A stretch of DNA of 64,000 bases from an uncultured cyanobacterium (GTDB lineage: Bacteria; Cyanobacteriota; Cyanobacteriia; Cyanobacteriales; Nostocaceae), in NCBI GenBank assembly GCA_963740315.1, contig CAVUDP010000002.1:672001-736000 (forward strand), given 5' to 3'. Both the position numbers and the translations under genes were made by a program. Below the pieces are notes generated by a model, which worked only from the letters and a program-made list of their open reading frames with translations, did no database searches and had not been told where the DNA came from. How positions within the stretch are numbered: the stretch's first letter is position 1; each line of letters opens with the position of its first letter. Shown piece after piece: positions 1 through 9,824 of the stretch.

Positions 1-897
1 ACCAAGAAAATTACAGAAGCCATGCGGCTAGTTGCGGCTGCAAGAGTACGCCGCGCCCAGGAACAGGTAACTTCTACTCGTCCATTTGCAGATCGTTTGG
101 CTCAGGTTTTATTTGGTTTGCAAAGCCGTCTAACCTTTGAAGATGTAGACTTACCGCTGATGAAAAAGCGCGAAGTTAGTACAGTTGGTTTGCTGGTAAT
201 TTCTGGCGATCGCGGTTTGTGTGGTGGCTACAATACCAACGTCATTAAACGTGCGGAAAATCGCGCTAAAGAACTACAGTCCGAAGGTTTAGATTACAAA
301 CTAGTATTAGTAGGACGTAAAGCCAGCCAGTATTTTCAACGTCGCGAACAACCGATTGAAAATTCATATACCGGCTTAGAACAAATTCCTACAGCTTCGG
401 AAGCTTCTGACATAGCTGACGGACTACTTTCATTATTTTTATCGGAAGAAGTAGACAGAATCGAACTGGTTTACACCAAATTCGTCTCCTTAGTTAGTTC
501 TCGTCCCGTAGTACAAACCTTGCTTCCCTTAGATCCTAAAGGTTTAGCAGCAGACGACGAATTCTTCCGTTTAACAACCCGTGGTGGTGAATTTGAAGTT
601 GAGAGAGAGAAAGTTACTACTCAAATGCGTGCTTTCCCTCGCGACATGATTTTTGAACAAGATCCAGTACAGATTCTGGATTCCTTGCTACCACTGTACT
701 TAAGCAACCAACTGTTGCGAGCATTGCAAGAATCCGCAGCCAGCGAACTAGCAGCGCGAATGACAGCAATGAGTAGCGCTAGCGACAACGCAGCCGACTT
801 AATGAAAAGTTTGTCACTGTCTTATAACAAAGCGCGACAAGCTGCAATTACCCAAGAAATTTTAGAAGTTGTGGGTGGTGCCCAAGCGCTAGGGTAA
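1..897 (+). CDS. atpG: ATP synthase F1 gamma subunit (5' end outside window)
   Basis: Frame open from base 1 ([14 protein letters not shown]); [19 protein letters not shown] and [16 protein letters not shown] motifs. Confidence 0.98.
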   Translation, partial: TKKITEAMRLVAAARVRRAQEQVTSTRPFADRLAQVLFGLQSRLTFEDVDLPLMKKREVSTVGLLVISGDRGLCGGYNTNVIKRAENRAKELQSEGLDYKLVLVGRKASQYFQRREQPIENSYTGLEQIPTASEASDIADGLLSLFLSEEVDRIELVYTKFVSLVSSRPVVQTLLPLDPKGLAADDEFFRLTTRGGEFEVEREKVTTQMRAFPRDMIFEQDPVQILDSLLPLYLSNQLLRALQESAASELAARMTAMSSASDNAADLMKSLSLSYNKARQAAITQEILEVVGGAQALG

Positions 898-901
898 AGA
901 A

Positions 902-931
902 AGTTAGGAGTTAGGAGTTAGGAGTTAAGAG
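902..931. repeat. Heptamer tandem repeat (AGTTAGG)n, STRR-like
   Basis: agttagg x3 plus agttaag; recurs near 17167 and 19062. Confidence 0.85.
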
Positions 932-1097
932 TTTTTAATAGCTAATTGTTGATTGTATTTGAATTAACAGTTAGCTATGAAGGTTTATTGAGTTGCTTTC
1001 TTCAGTTTGTACAGTGCAAGCCGGAATGCTTACTTGAGGCACATAGCGAGCAAGATGCATGTCCTTGCGGACACGCGGCGCTAAGGCAGCACTACAT

Positions 1098-1128
1098 AAT
1101 CTAAAATCCAAAATCTAAAATCCAAAAT
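1098..1128. repeat. Heptamer tandem repeat (AATCYAA)n
   Basis: aatctaa aatccaa aatctaa aatccaa. Confidence 0.8.
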
Positions 1129-1157
1129 TCCCTGTGGCAATTTTCAAAAAGCTGCAC

Positions 1158-1163
1158 TATAAT
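1158..1163 (+). promoter_or_regulatory. Putative -10 box of ssrA
   Basis: Perfect TATAAT about 17 nt upstream of the mature tmRNA 5' end. Confidence 0.55.
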
Positions 1164-1179
1164 AAAATATGAACCACAT

Positions 1180-1557
1180 GGGTCTGTAATGGTTTCGACG
1201 GGGTGGCGAAAGCTATTCGTTGATTCAGGTCGAGAGTGAGTCAAATCTCGTTAATCAAGTCTCAAAACAAATAATAACTGCAAACAACATTGTAGCATTC
1301 AAGCGTCAAGCAGTAACTGCTTAAACTTTTTTAGTACGCTTCTCTCTAGTTTGACTCCGTTAAGGATTAGAGAGCAACCCCCAACGGATGCTCTAATAAG
1401 TTCCCTTTGGTGGACTTATTAGAAAAGACTTTACCAAAGCATCCCACCGTTCGGGATAATGAACGGTCCCTGCCTTAAGGGTTAACGAGGCTATACCTGT
1501 GAACGATGCGGGGGTAAATACCCATTTCGGACGGCAGTTCAATTCTGCCCAGATCCA
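1180..1557 (+). ncRNA. ssrA: tmRNA (SsrA)
   Basis: 5' GGGTCTGTAATGGTTTCGACGGG; tag frame 1280-1324 ANNIVAFKRQAVTA*; T-arm GGCAGTTCAATTCTGCC; acceptor GGGTCTG/CAGATCC-A with G3-U wobble; followed by CTA, not CCA. Confidence 0.96.
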
Positions 1558-1574
1558 CTAGTACATAATTACTT

Positions 1575-1617
1575 AATCCACCTTATACTAAAATGTAGAG
1601 GTGGATTTGTTTTTTAT
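1575..1617 (+). terminator. Putative intrinsic terminator after ssrA
   Basis: AATCCACCT...AGGTGGATT stem followed by a T-rich tract. Confidence 0.55.
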
Positions 1618-1618
1618 T

Positions 1619-2593
1619 ATGAGTAAGTTGCAAGTAATTGTTGTCTGTGGAAATCCTGCTTGTGCTAGGGAATTTAATAAAAGTCAAAGTGAATTTAATA
1701 GAAGTCAGAAATTAGGAAGACCTCATTTTTGTTCTTTAAGATGTCATGCTAAATATAGGGGGCTTGGCACTTCTAAAGTTAAAGCAAATAGAACTACTTC
1801 CCATTTAAAAGATATCATTAGAACCGATGAATATTCACCCTTCCGAAATCATCTGAAGGTGATGAAAAAATCTGCTAAGCGAAGAAAGCACGAATGTGGA
1901 GTAACGTTAGCTGATTTGAAACAATTATGGGAGAAACAAAAAGGAATTTGTCCTTACACTCGCTGGAATTTACTTTTACTACCCAGCACTACAGATTATC
2001 AAAATGCGATTTTAACAATAGACAGAGCAAGTGTTGACCGTATCGATTCTTCTTTGGGTTACACTCCTGATAACATACAGTTTGTTGCTGTAATTGCCAA
2101 CTTTGCGAAAAATATTTTTACCGAACAAGATTTAATTACATTCTGTGACGACGTTTATAAATACAGAATTTTAGGTGAAAATAACTCGATAGATATAGAT
2201 AATACAGCTTTGAAAGTTGCTGCAAATGTATTAATTAAGAGTAGAAGAGACGAATATTCACCCTTCCGTCAGCATCTCAAGCTTGCGAGAAGAAGAGTAA
2301 AGAGTAATGGACGAGAATGTAATATTACTCTGGAATATCTAAAACAGTTTTGGAAAAAACAGGATGGTAGATGTCCATATACAGGATGGAAGTTAGATAA
2401 TCTTCAGACAACTAGCGAATGGGATAGTAATATATTGCATCCAAAAACAGCGAGTTTGGATAGGATAGATTCTTGTAAAGGTTATGTTTTTGGTAACATA
2501 CAGTTTGTCAGCGTCATGGCTAACTATGCGAAGAGAGATTTTTTAGAAGAGGAATTGTTGAGATTTTGTGAAGCGGTGGGTGGTGTGAATTAA
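1619..2593 (+). CDS. Protein with N-terminal Cys cluster and two tandem HNH-like (His-Me finger, DRIDS-type) nuclease domains
   Basis: CxxxxC...FCSxxC, then two copies of DEYSPFRxHLK...CPYTxW...ASxDRIDSxxGYxxxNIQFVxVxANxAK; ATG 1619 preferred over GTG 1601, which lies in the hairpin. Confidence 0.7.
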   Translation: MSKLQVIVVCGNPACAREFNKSQSEFNRSQKLGRPHFCSLRCHAKYRGLGTSKVKANRTTSHLKDIIRTDEYSPFRNHLKVMKKSAKRRKHECGVTLADLKQLWEKQKGICPYTRWNLLLLPSTTDYQNAILTIDRASVDRIDSSLGYTPDNIQFVAVIANFAKNIFTEQDLITFCDDVYKYRILGENNSIDIDNTALKVAANVLIKSRRDEYSPFRQHLKLARRRVKSNGRECNITLEYLKQFWKKQDGRCPYTGWKLDNLQTTSEWDSNILHPKTASLDRIDSCKGYVFGNIQFVSVMANYAKRDFLEEELLRFCEAVGGVN

Positions 2594-2647
2594 CAATTGT
2601 GACAAATGCCTGGAATCACAAATTACAGACTAAACTAACAGCTATTT

Positions 2648-2989
2648 TTAACTAGCAGGACGTACAACACGAATTAACTTACCTGTCAATGATTCTTCTC
2701 GACTAATTGTTTCATTAATTCGAGTTGTCATTCGAGACCTATCAGTATCATTGGTACAAACAATAATACCTGAATGTTTGGGTGAGTTTCTATGCAGTTT
2801 GATAAAGTCTTTACGATTTAGCGTTATTACAGTTCGATTATCGCTAATTGCAAAGGCTAAAACTTCGTCATCCGGAATACCTAAATTTGCTTTACTTGCT
2901 TCTTGTACGGTTAATACATCATGTCCCATTGTTCGTAACAGTTCGCTGACTTGGAGTGGGAACATTTCATCTGCATATAAACGTGCCAT
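2648..2989 (-). CDS. DUF5615 PIN-like toxin
   Basis: LYADE...LRxxGHDV...DDEVL...ITLNRKDF...HSGII. Confidence 0.85.
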   Translation of the reverse strand: MARLYADEMFPLQVSELLRTMGHDVLTVQEASKANLGIPDDEVLAFAISDNRTVITLNRKDFIKLHRNSPKHSGIIVCTNDTDRSRMTTRINETISREESLTGKLIRVVRPAS

Positions 2990-2992
2990 TAT

Positions 2993-3319
2993 TTAAGCAA
3001 CCTTATTAGCACTAATAGCAGCTTCAACTTCTTCAGGATAAGCATCTGCATATACCCAAGCGTTGACTAAATCGGCAGCGCTAAGATGAGGATAATCTTG
3101 TAAAAGTTGAACTTCAGTAATTCCTAAGCGACGTGCTTCAACTAATAGCCAAATCGCAATGCGAGTACCTGCGATACAAGCTTCTCCACCACAAACACCT
3201 GGAGTTTTAGTAATACCTTTTGCTCCAATGCTGATAGTTTGAGTTAGATGAAGGGTAATTGCAGCTTTTTCTGTGGGAAGTAGCGCTTGGATTTGATTTT
3301 CTAATTCTTGGAGAGTCAT
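2993..3319 (-). CDS. DUF433 antitoxin
   Basis: ITKTPGVCGGEACIAGTRI...DYPHL; directly upstream of the PIN-like gene. Confidence 0.9.
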   Translation of the reverse strand: MTLQELENQIQALLPTEKAAITLHLTQTISIGAKGITKTPGVCGGEACIAGTRIAIWLLVEARRLGITEVQLLQDYPHLSAADLVNAWVYADAYPEEVEAAISANKVA

Positions 3320-3619
3320 CGAGCAATTAGCTAAATTTTGTACTTATTTCATTATAGCGGCAGGGGTTTGAGGTATCGCTAGGAAATTAAAGGCTGTGGT
3401 AAAAAAAAAGTTGTATGTTGCGTTTCAGTACTGCTCGGTTAAGGCGCTTATCCTCGCTAGCCCTCTTTAAGGAGAGAACTAAAGCGTTATAAGTCGGAGC
3501 CTTGTAACGAGATTAATATAAAAACCTCACCCAGCCGATCGCACCCCTCTTCTTTTTATATAAATACTGTTTAATTATTTTGACGTTCCCGAAAAACAAA
3601 CAATTTCGGATAAAAAGCA

Positions 3620-4171
3620 ATGCTTATTACTAGCGAAAACTTAATTTTAAGGGAATTTACTTTTGAAGATTGGCAGCCAGTTTTGGCTTATCAATCCGAT
3701 TATCGCTATCTACAATTTTATGAATGGGAAAATCGCAAACGTAAAGATGTAGAAGCTTTTATTCAAATATTTTTAGAGCAACAACAACAGCTACCACGAA
3801 TTAAATTTCAGTTAGCAGTAATATTAAAATCTGAGCATAAATTAATCGGAAACTGCGGTATCCGCAAAGAAAACTCATTTTCAGATCAAGCCGAGCTTGG
3901 TTATGAAATTTCACCCGATTATTGGGGAAAAGGTTACGCTACAGAAGCCGCAAGTACTATTTTAAAATTTGGCTTTGAAGATTTGAAACTCTACCGTATT
4001 TACTCGCGCTGTATCGCTGAAAATATGGCATCTAGAAAAGTTTTACAGAAAATAGGAATGAAGCTTAAACGGAAGTTACCAAAAAACGAATTTTTTAAAA
4101 ATCGCTATTGGGATACTTTGGAATTTGAGATTTTAAAAGCACGACAGATGCATGACAAAAAGCTCTCCTAA
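3620..4171 (+). CDS. GNAT N-acetyltransferase (RimJ/RimL family)
   Basis: LILREF, ELGY...YWGKGYATEA, NMASRKVLQKIGM. Confidence 0.9.
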   Translation: MLITSENLILREFTFEDWQPVLAYQSDYRYLQFYEWENRKRKDVEAFIQIFLEQQQQLPRIKFQLAVILKSEHKLIGNCGIRKENSFSDQAELGYEISPDYWGKGYATEAASTILKFGFEDLKLYRIYSRCIAENMASRKVLQKIGMKLKRKLPKNEFFKNRYWDTLEFEILKARQMHDKKLS

Positions 4172-4490
4172 TTTTTTTTGGGGAGCTAAAAATTCAATAA
4201 CACACACTTACAACATCACTGAGGATATTGTTGAAGTTCTTAATTTAAAGATAATCATTGATTGAGAAGAAATAGGGATATAAAGAAAAATTGAGAAAAT
4301 ATATATTAAACTACTTCCTTAGATATTAATCTAAGAGAAAGTATTGTATTCATAGGTGCCTTGGCTGAAATGTATTTTTTTGTAAAGTTGCGTAAAATTT
4401 TTATTTGTCTTGAATAACTACATTATATTTATCTTTAATTAAAAGCAAACAGACAGTATTCAGTCCTTAATACGAGTAACAGATATTACA

Positions 4491-5945
4491 ATGAATAGAA
4501 TTTATAAGTTACTGCATTTAACCCCAAACAACCGTTATCAAAAACGATTCTTTCAATTTATCTCAATATTTCTTGTAGTTTCATTAACAATAATTGGTTG
4601 TAATAATACGGATATTCCTGAGTCTTCCTTGGTTGCGAATTCATCACAACATAAAAACACTTTAAATATTTGGTGGGACAAAGGCTTTAATCCTGAAGAA
4701 GATGAAGCACTGCGTCAGCTTGTTTATAACTGGGAAATTAAAACTGGTAAAAAAATAAATTTGGTTTTTTATACTACTGATTCTTTAGGGGAGAAAATTC
4801 GTAGATCCTTAAAAGCTGGCAATCCTCCTGATATTGTGATGAGTTTCAAAGCTGAGCGATCGCCAAATTATCGCTTGGCTTGGGATAATAAGTTGGTGGA
4901 TGTTTCTGATATTATCAACCCAATTAAAAATCTTTATCCAAAACCAATTTTACAAACAGTTAATTTTTATAACAACGTTGAGAAAAAACGGAGTTATTAT
5001 GCTGTCCCAATTCATCAGGGAACCATGCATATTTACTATTGGCGAGATTTATTAGCAGAAGTAAACCGCAGCGAGCAAGATATACCAAAGGAATGGGATG
5101 CTTTTTGGGATTTTTGGAAACAAGTTCAAGACGACTTGCGAGACAAAAATAAGTCTGATAATACATCCAAAATCTATAGTTTGGGTTTTACTCTATCACC
5201 AGAAGCTGGCGATACTTATTATTTATTTGAGCAAATTTTAGAAGCTTACGATGTGGAAATTATCAACAAAACAGGAAAACTGTTAATTGATGATGCGAAA
5301 GTACGTCAGGGCATTATCAAAGTATTAAATTGGTATCAGAACTTTTATCAGCAAGGTTATATTCCACCCGCAGCTTTAAAATGGTTAAATCCAGACAACA
5401 ACCGCAGCATATTGAATCGCGAGATAGTAATGACTCCCAATGCTACTCTTTCAATTCCTGTGGGGGTGCGTCAAGATACCGATATTTATAATAATAAGTT
5501 GGGTATTCTGGAATTTCCCAACAAACCAAGCGGTAAGCCGATGCGACATTTAACGATGGCTGAACAAGCTGCAATACTAACAGAATCGAAAAATCAGAAA
5601 TTGGCTAAAGACTTCTTGAAGTATGTAGTGCAAACTGAAGTGATGAAAGATTATCTGACAAAGGCAGGAGGGCGCAATTCACCAGTATTAGAAAGTGTTT
5701 GGCAAGATGATTTTTGGACGAATCCAAACGATCCACACATTTCATATGCTACAAAGACTTTTCGCGAAGGTGAAATTCGTTATTTTTATGTATCTCACAA
5801 TCCTGCTTACAGCCGAGTTTTAGATCGAAATGTCTGGGGTAAAGCAATTAACAGAGTTATTGTTGATAAAATTTCACCAGAGCAAGCAGTAGATGAAGCA
5901 ATTACCGAAATTAAGAACATTTATCAAGAATGGGAGAGAATGTAG
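4491..5945 (+). CDS. Extracellular solute-binding lipoprotein (sugar ABC SBP type)
   Basis: Hydrophobic signal with IIGC lipobox, AGNPPDI, YAVP...YYWRDLL, PKEWD. Confidence 0.85.
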   Translation: MNRIYKLLHLTPNNRYQKRFFQFISIFLVVSLTIIGCNNTDIPESSLVANSSQHKNTLNIWWDKGFNPEEDEALRQLVYNWEIKTGKKINLVFYTTDSLGEKIRRSLKAGNPPDIVMSFKAERSPNYRLAWDNKLVDVSDIINPIKNLYPKPILQTVNFYNNVEKKRSYYAVPIHQGTMHIYYWRDLLAEVNRSEQDIPKEWDAFWDFWKQVQDDLRDKNKSDNTSKIYSLGFTLSPEAGDTYYLFEQILEAYDVEIINKTGKLLIDDAKVRQGIIKVLNWYQNFYQQGYIPPAALKWLNPDNNRSILNREIVMTPNATLSIPVGVRQDTDIYNNKLGILEFPNKPSGKPMRHLTMAEQAAILTESKNQKLAKDFLKYVVQTEVMKDYLTKAGGRNSPVLESVWQDDFWTNPNDPHISYATKTFREGEIRYFYVSHNPAYSRVLDRNVWGKAINRVIVDKISPEQAVDEAITEIKNIYQEWERM

Positions 5946-6027
5946 AGGGGGAAGAGGGGGAAGAGGGGGAAGAGGGGGAAGATAATTATTAATTTCTAAC
6001 AACTAATAACTAACAACTAACAACTAA
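5945..6027. repeat. (GAGGGGGAA)4 and (TAACAAC)n tandem repeats
   Basis: Directly visible. Confidence 0.85.
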
Positions 6028-6038
6028 CCTCTAATTGA

Positions 6039-8471
6039 ATGAAATTTTGGCAGCAACATTTAACAACTAAAATTGCGAGTTCTTTTTTATTGCTATCCCT
6101 TGTTACTGTTGGTGTAGTGGGAGGAGTGACATTTATCAATGCGCGGAATGCTCTTAAAGAAGCTGCTTTTGAACGCCTTAATGTTGCAGCAACGCTCAAA
6201 GAAAAAGAAATTAATCGTTGGTTTGATTTGCAGCGAGAAGATTTTATTTTTATAATTCAGTTTCCTGATGTCAGGGCAAGATTGGACGAGATTCTCAGTT
6301 CAAATGTATCTGAATCTGAATATCAAGCAGCTGATAAAGTTCTCACGGAGTACTTGCAAGAAATTAATAGTGTTAAATCGAATTTACAAGAAATTTATAT
6401 TCTCAATCGCAGTAATAAAATAATTATTTCTACTAATAAAAATCGTGAGGGTAAGTACGAGTCATTAGCTAATGTTAGTTATGTGGAAAAAGAGTGGAGT
6501 GGAAATAAATTTGCTCCAATTTTTTATAGTTCGCCAGACACGGGTAAACCCGCCGTTACTTTAGCAAAAACTTTACGCAACGATGCCGGAGTTCGTCAGG
6601 GAATTGTTTTAGCGAATCTTAATTTAGAGCGAATAGATGAAATCGTTAGGGAAGGTGCTGGCTTGGGTAAGAGTGGTGAAACTTATTTAATTGGTTCTTT
6701 GGGAAGAAGTAAAAAAACATTCATCTCTAAAGCAAATACTAGCAAGCAGGAAAATACTCAAGATATTAGTTCTCAAGGTATTGATTTAGCTATGGGTGGC
6801 ACTAGTGGTGCCAGAGAATATCGAAATTATGTAGGAAAATCTGTATTAGGAGAATATCGTTGGCTCAACGATCAAGACTTGGCATTGTTAGTGGAGATAA
6901 CCCAGCAAGAAGCATTTGCGCCAGCGCGTCAATTAGCAAATACAATTATGTTAATTGGTTTAGCATCAGCAGGGGTTTTATTATATGGTGTTTATTATTT
7001 ATCATTACAGTTAAGTATTTATCGCAAACGCTCGGAAAGTTACAGTCATCAATTGGAAGCAAAAGCGCAAGAAGCGGAAACTGCTAATCATGCTAAAAGC
7101 GAATTTTTGGCTAACATGAGTCATGAATTACGCACTCCTTTAAATGCAATCTTAGGTTTTGCACAGTTGATGAAGCGAGATAAAATGCTGTCTTCAGAAC
7201 AACGGGAATCTTTAGCAACTATTAACCGCAGCGGCGAACATTTGCTATCTTTAATTAATGATGTATTAGATATGTCAAAAATTGAAGCTCGGCGTACTGT
7301 TTTACATTCAGAACCTTTTAATTTATATCTTTTGTTGCAGACTCTTCAGGAAATGTTTCAACTCCGAGCAACTGCAAAAGGATTGTTTTTAAAGTTTGAT
7401 TTAGAATCTAATTTACCGATATGTACGATCGCTGATGAAGGTAAGCTGCGCCAAGTTTTAATTAATCTATTAGGTAATGCAATTAAATTTACCCAAACAG
7501 GGGGAGTAAGTTTAAGAGTCAGTTACCAATTAGCAAAAACTTCCCCCTTCAGCCAATCTATTCATTTCGAGGTAAAAGATACGGGAAGAGGTATTGCACA
7601 AGAAGAAATAGATAAAATTTTCGATCCGTTTGTACAAACTGCTAGCGGTATTCAAGCTAGAGGTGGTACTGGCTTGGGGCTTGCTATTAGTCGTCAATTT
7701 GTGCAGTTGATGGGTGGCAATATTTACGTTAGCAGCGTTTTGGGAGAAGGTTCGAGTTTCAGTTTTGATATTCAAGTTACTTTACCACAAACATCAGAAG
7801 AAGAATGTTCGGTAAAAAAACGGGTGTTAAAAATTGCGCCATCTCAACTTAATTATCGCATTCTTGTAGTCGATGACCGTTTAGAAAATCGCAATTTATT
7901 AACCAAGCTATTAGATACTGTTGGTTTTGATACTCGTATTGCCACAAATGGAAAAGAAGCGATCGCTCTATGGGAATCATGGCAACCGCACTTAATTTGG
8001 ATGGATATGCGGATGGCGATTATGGATGGTTATGAAGCTACAAAGCAGATTAAAGCCAAATCGAAAGATCGAAAGACGGTGGTAATTGCCTTAACTGCAA
8101 GCGCCTTTGAAGAACAACAATCAGCAATTTTCGCTGCTGGGTGTGACGATTTGGTTCGCAAGCCGTTTCAAGAGAAAGTGATTTTTGAGAAGATGAGTCA
8201 ATATTTGGGAGTTGAGTATATATATGAAGAAGATAATTTAGAATTGGATAATAAATTACCTGTTAATTCCACTATAAATTTAACTTCAAAAGAGCTTGGT
8301 GTAATGTCATTAGAGTGGGTAAATTCTTTGCATCAAGCTGCTTTAGAAGTAGATGCAGATTTAGTTTTACAGATAATTGAGCAGATTCCTGAAAAGCATC
8401 GAGCTTTAGCTGAAAAGTTGAGAAAATTGACATTACAATATGATTTTGATGCAATTATTGAAGTCAGTTAG
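6039..8471 (+). CDS. Membrane hybrid histidine kinase (Cache-like sensor, HisKA, HATPase, REC)
   Basis: Two TM segments, [30 protein letters not shown], receiver ILVVDD...WMDMRM. Confidence 0.93.
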   Translation: MKFWQQHLTTKIASSFLLLSLVTVGVVGGVTFINARNALKEAAFERLNVAATLKEKEINRWFDLQREDFIFIIQFPDVRARLDEILSSNVSESEYQAADKVLTEYLQEINSVKSNLQEIYILNRSNKIIISTNKNREGKYESLANVSYVEKEWSGNKFAPIFYSSPDTGKPAVTLAKTLRNDAGVRQGIVLANLNLERIDEIVREGAGLGKSGETYLIGSLGRSKKTFISKANTSKQENTQDISSQGIDLAMGGTSGAREYRNYVGKSVLGEYRWLNDQDLALLVEITQQEAFAPARQLANTIMLIGLASAGVLLYGVYYLSLQLSIYRKRSESYSHQLEAKAQEAETANHAKSEFLANMSHELRTPLNAILGFAQLMKRDKMLSSEQRESLATINRSGEHLLSLINDVLDMSKIEARRTVLHSEPFNLYLLLQTLQEMFQLRATAKGLFLKFDLESNLPICTIADEGKLRQVLINLLGNAIKFTQTGGVSLRVSYQLAKTSPFSQSIHFEVKDTGRGIAQEEIDKIFDPFVQTASGIQARGGTGLGLAISRQFVQLMGGNIYVSSVLGEGSSFSFDIQVTLPQTSEEECSVKKRVLKIAPSQLNYRILVVDDRLENRNLLTKLLDTVGFDTRIATNGKEAIALWESWQPHLIWMDMRMAIMDGYEATKQIKAKSKDRKTVVIALTASAFEEQQSAIFAAGCDDLVRKPFQEKVIFEKMSQYLGVEYIYEEDNLELDNKLPVNSTINLTSKELGVMSLEWVNSLHQAALEVDADLVLQIIEQIPEKHRALAEKLRKLTLQYDFDAIIEVS

Positions 8472-8527
8472 CAGTTATATTTAAAAACAAATGGTTATTT
8501 CTCTTGTTAAGGGTAGCATCAGCTAAT

Positions 8528-8571
8528 TTCTCGATTTATTCCCGATTTATTCTCTAGTTATTCTCGATGAT
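8528..8571 (+). promoter_or_regulatory. Four 11-bp direct repeats (TTCYC-N6), putative OmpR/PhoB-type operator
   Basis: TTCTCGATTTA TTCCCGATTTA TTCTCTAGTTA TTCTCGATGAT; two-unit copies at 9165-9186 and 9680-9701. Confidence 0.6.
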
Positions 8572-8631
8572 TGTTTAATTTAAGATTAGTTTCTCAGATA
8601 GGGAAACATCAAATTGAATTAAAGAAAAATC

Positions 8632-9084
8632 ATGAAATTTAATCTTAGACAAACAATCTGTACGTTCGGTAGCGCGGTTGCAATAACTGCCTTTTTTTCT
8701 AATGCTGCTTATGCTATACAACGTACTTGTAATGGAGCTTATGAAGCTGAATACAAGACTGCATCGGGTCAAACTGGGAAATTAGTTTTTGGTGGATTTG
8801 AAGCTACAAGGGGTTGCGGTAGAGCTGTTCCTAATAGATGTCGCGATCGCGCTAGGAATGCCTTACTTAAATGTATGGATAGACATCATTTTGAAAATAC
8901 TTCGGCTCCTCCTTTGGAGTGTAAGACAGATGGCGTAAAAAATTATCCTTACAATCTTAAAATCGCCAGTAAAATTTTCCAAGACGTAGCTAAAGTAAGT
9001 GGTGGTCAGCTACCAACAAAAGTATTTGCTGTTTCCAAGGGACAACGAGTTTGTAATACTAAAAAGGTTCTATTCCCTCGGTAA
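8632..9084 (+). CDS. Small secreted Cys-containing protein
   Basis: Signal peptide ending AAYA; six Cys in the mature part. Confidence 0.7.
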   Translation: MKFNLRQTICTFGSAVAITAFFSNAAYAIQRTCNGAYEAEYKTASGQTGKLVFGGFEATRGCGRAVPNRCRDRARNALLKCMDRHHFENTSAPPLECKTDGVKNYPYNLKIASKIFQDVAKVSGGQLPTKVFAVSKGQRVCNTKKVLFPR

Positions 9085-9260
9085 TTTGTAAGCATACAAG
9101 GAAATTTTGGTTTGTAGTAAGCGCTAAGAGGACTAAAGTCCTTACTACGAACTTTTTAACAAGTTTCTCTAGTTATTCTCGATTGATTTCTATATTCAAT
9201 CTAGTTCGGTTTGGAAATAGCTAAAACAAAGTAGACAACATATAATCAGAGGGAAAAACA

Positions 9261-9665
9261 ATGAATAAAGCTTTACTGCTATCTTTAAGTGCATTTTCTG
9301 CAATCAGCCAGTTTAGCGTTACTGGTATTAATCCGGCGACAGCACAAACTGCATATACAATGGTTTGCCGGGGTGGTGGCAATATGAAGTCTTATTACGG
9401 TCAGAAAACTAACTTTCACGAACTTGATATATACTTTTCTAAAGCCGCTAAAGGTTCTGGTGAAACTTCACCTAAAGCTGGTAATTGTGCATGGGTAGAC
9501 CGTGGTATTGGCAACAATGAACCTTCTAAACTGCGTTGGCAACCGAAGCAATTTGATGATAGTACTATTTCGCTTTTAAGGTCTGTAGGTTCCGATAAAT
9601 TATTTTACATCCGCACCTATAACGTTAACGGTAGTTACTTTAAGATTGTTAAAGTTGGTCCCTAG
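9261..9665 (+). CDS. Small secreted protein
   Basis: Signal peptide ending PATA; purine-rich RBS; CRGGG and CAWVDR. Confidence 0.7.
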   Translation: MNKALLLSLSAFSAISQFSVTGINPATAQTAYTMVCRGGGNMKSYYGQKTNFHELDIYFSKAAKGSGETSPKAGNCAWVDRGIGNNEPSKLRWQPKQFDDSTISLLRSVGSDKLFYIRTYNVNGSYFKIVKVGP

Positions 9666-9824
9666 AAAAATTTTGAATCTTCCCTAGTTCTTCTCGATTG
9701 CTTGCTAATCTAGCTGACAATATGCTTCTTGCAGTAGATTATAGAGACGTGATGTATCACGTCTCTACAAGCTTTTCCTTCTCTCAAACAAAGAATTGAT
9801 GATTTTTGAATTTTGAATTAAAAA

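Noticed and set aside
3408..3560. Possible structured RNA between the TA pair and the GNAT gene
   Set aside because: Looks like a patchwork of degenerate repeat fragments; no RNA family recognised
1557..4200. Integrative element or prophage at ssrA
   Set aside because: No integrase and no duplicated ssrA 3' end seen in the window
8528..8571. Possible CRISPR or iteron array
   Set aside because: Contiguous 11-bp units without spacers and no rep gene; fits an operator better
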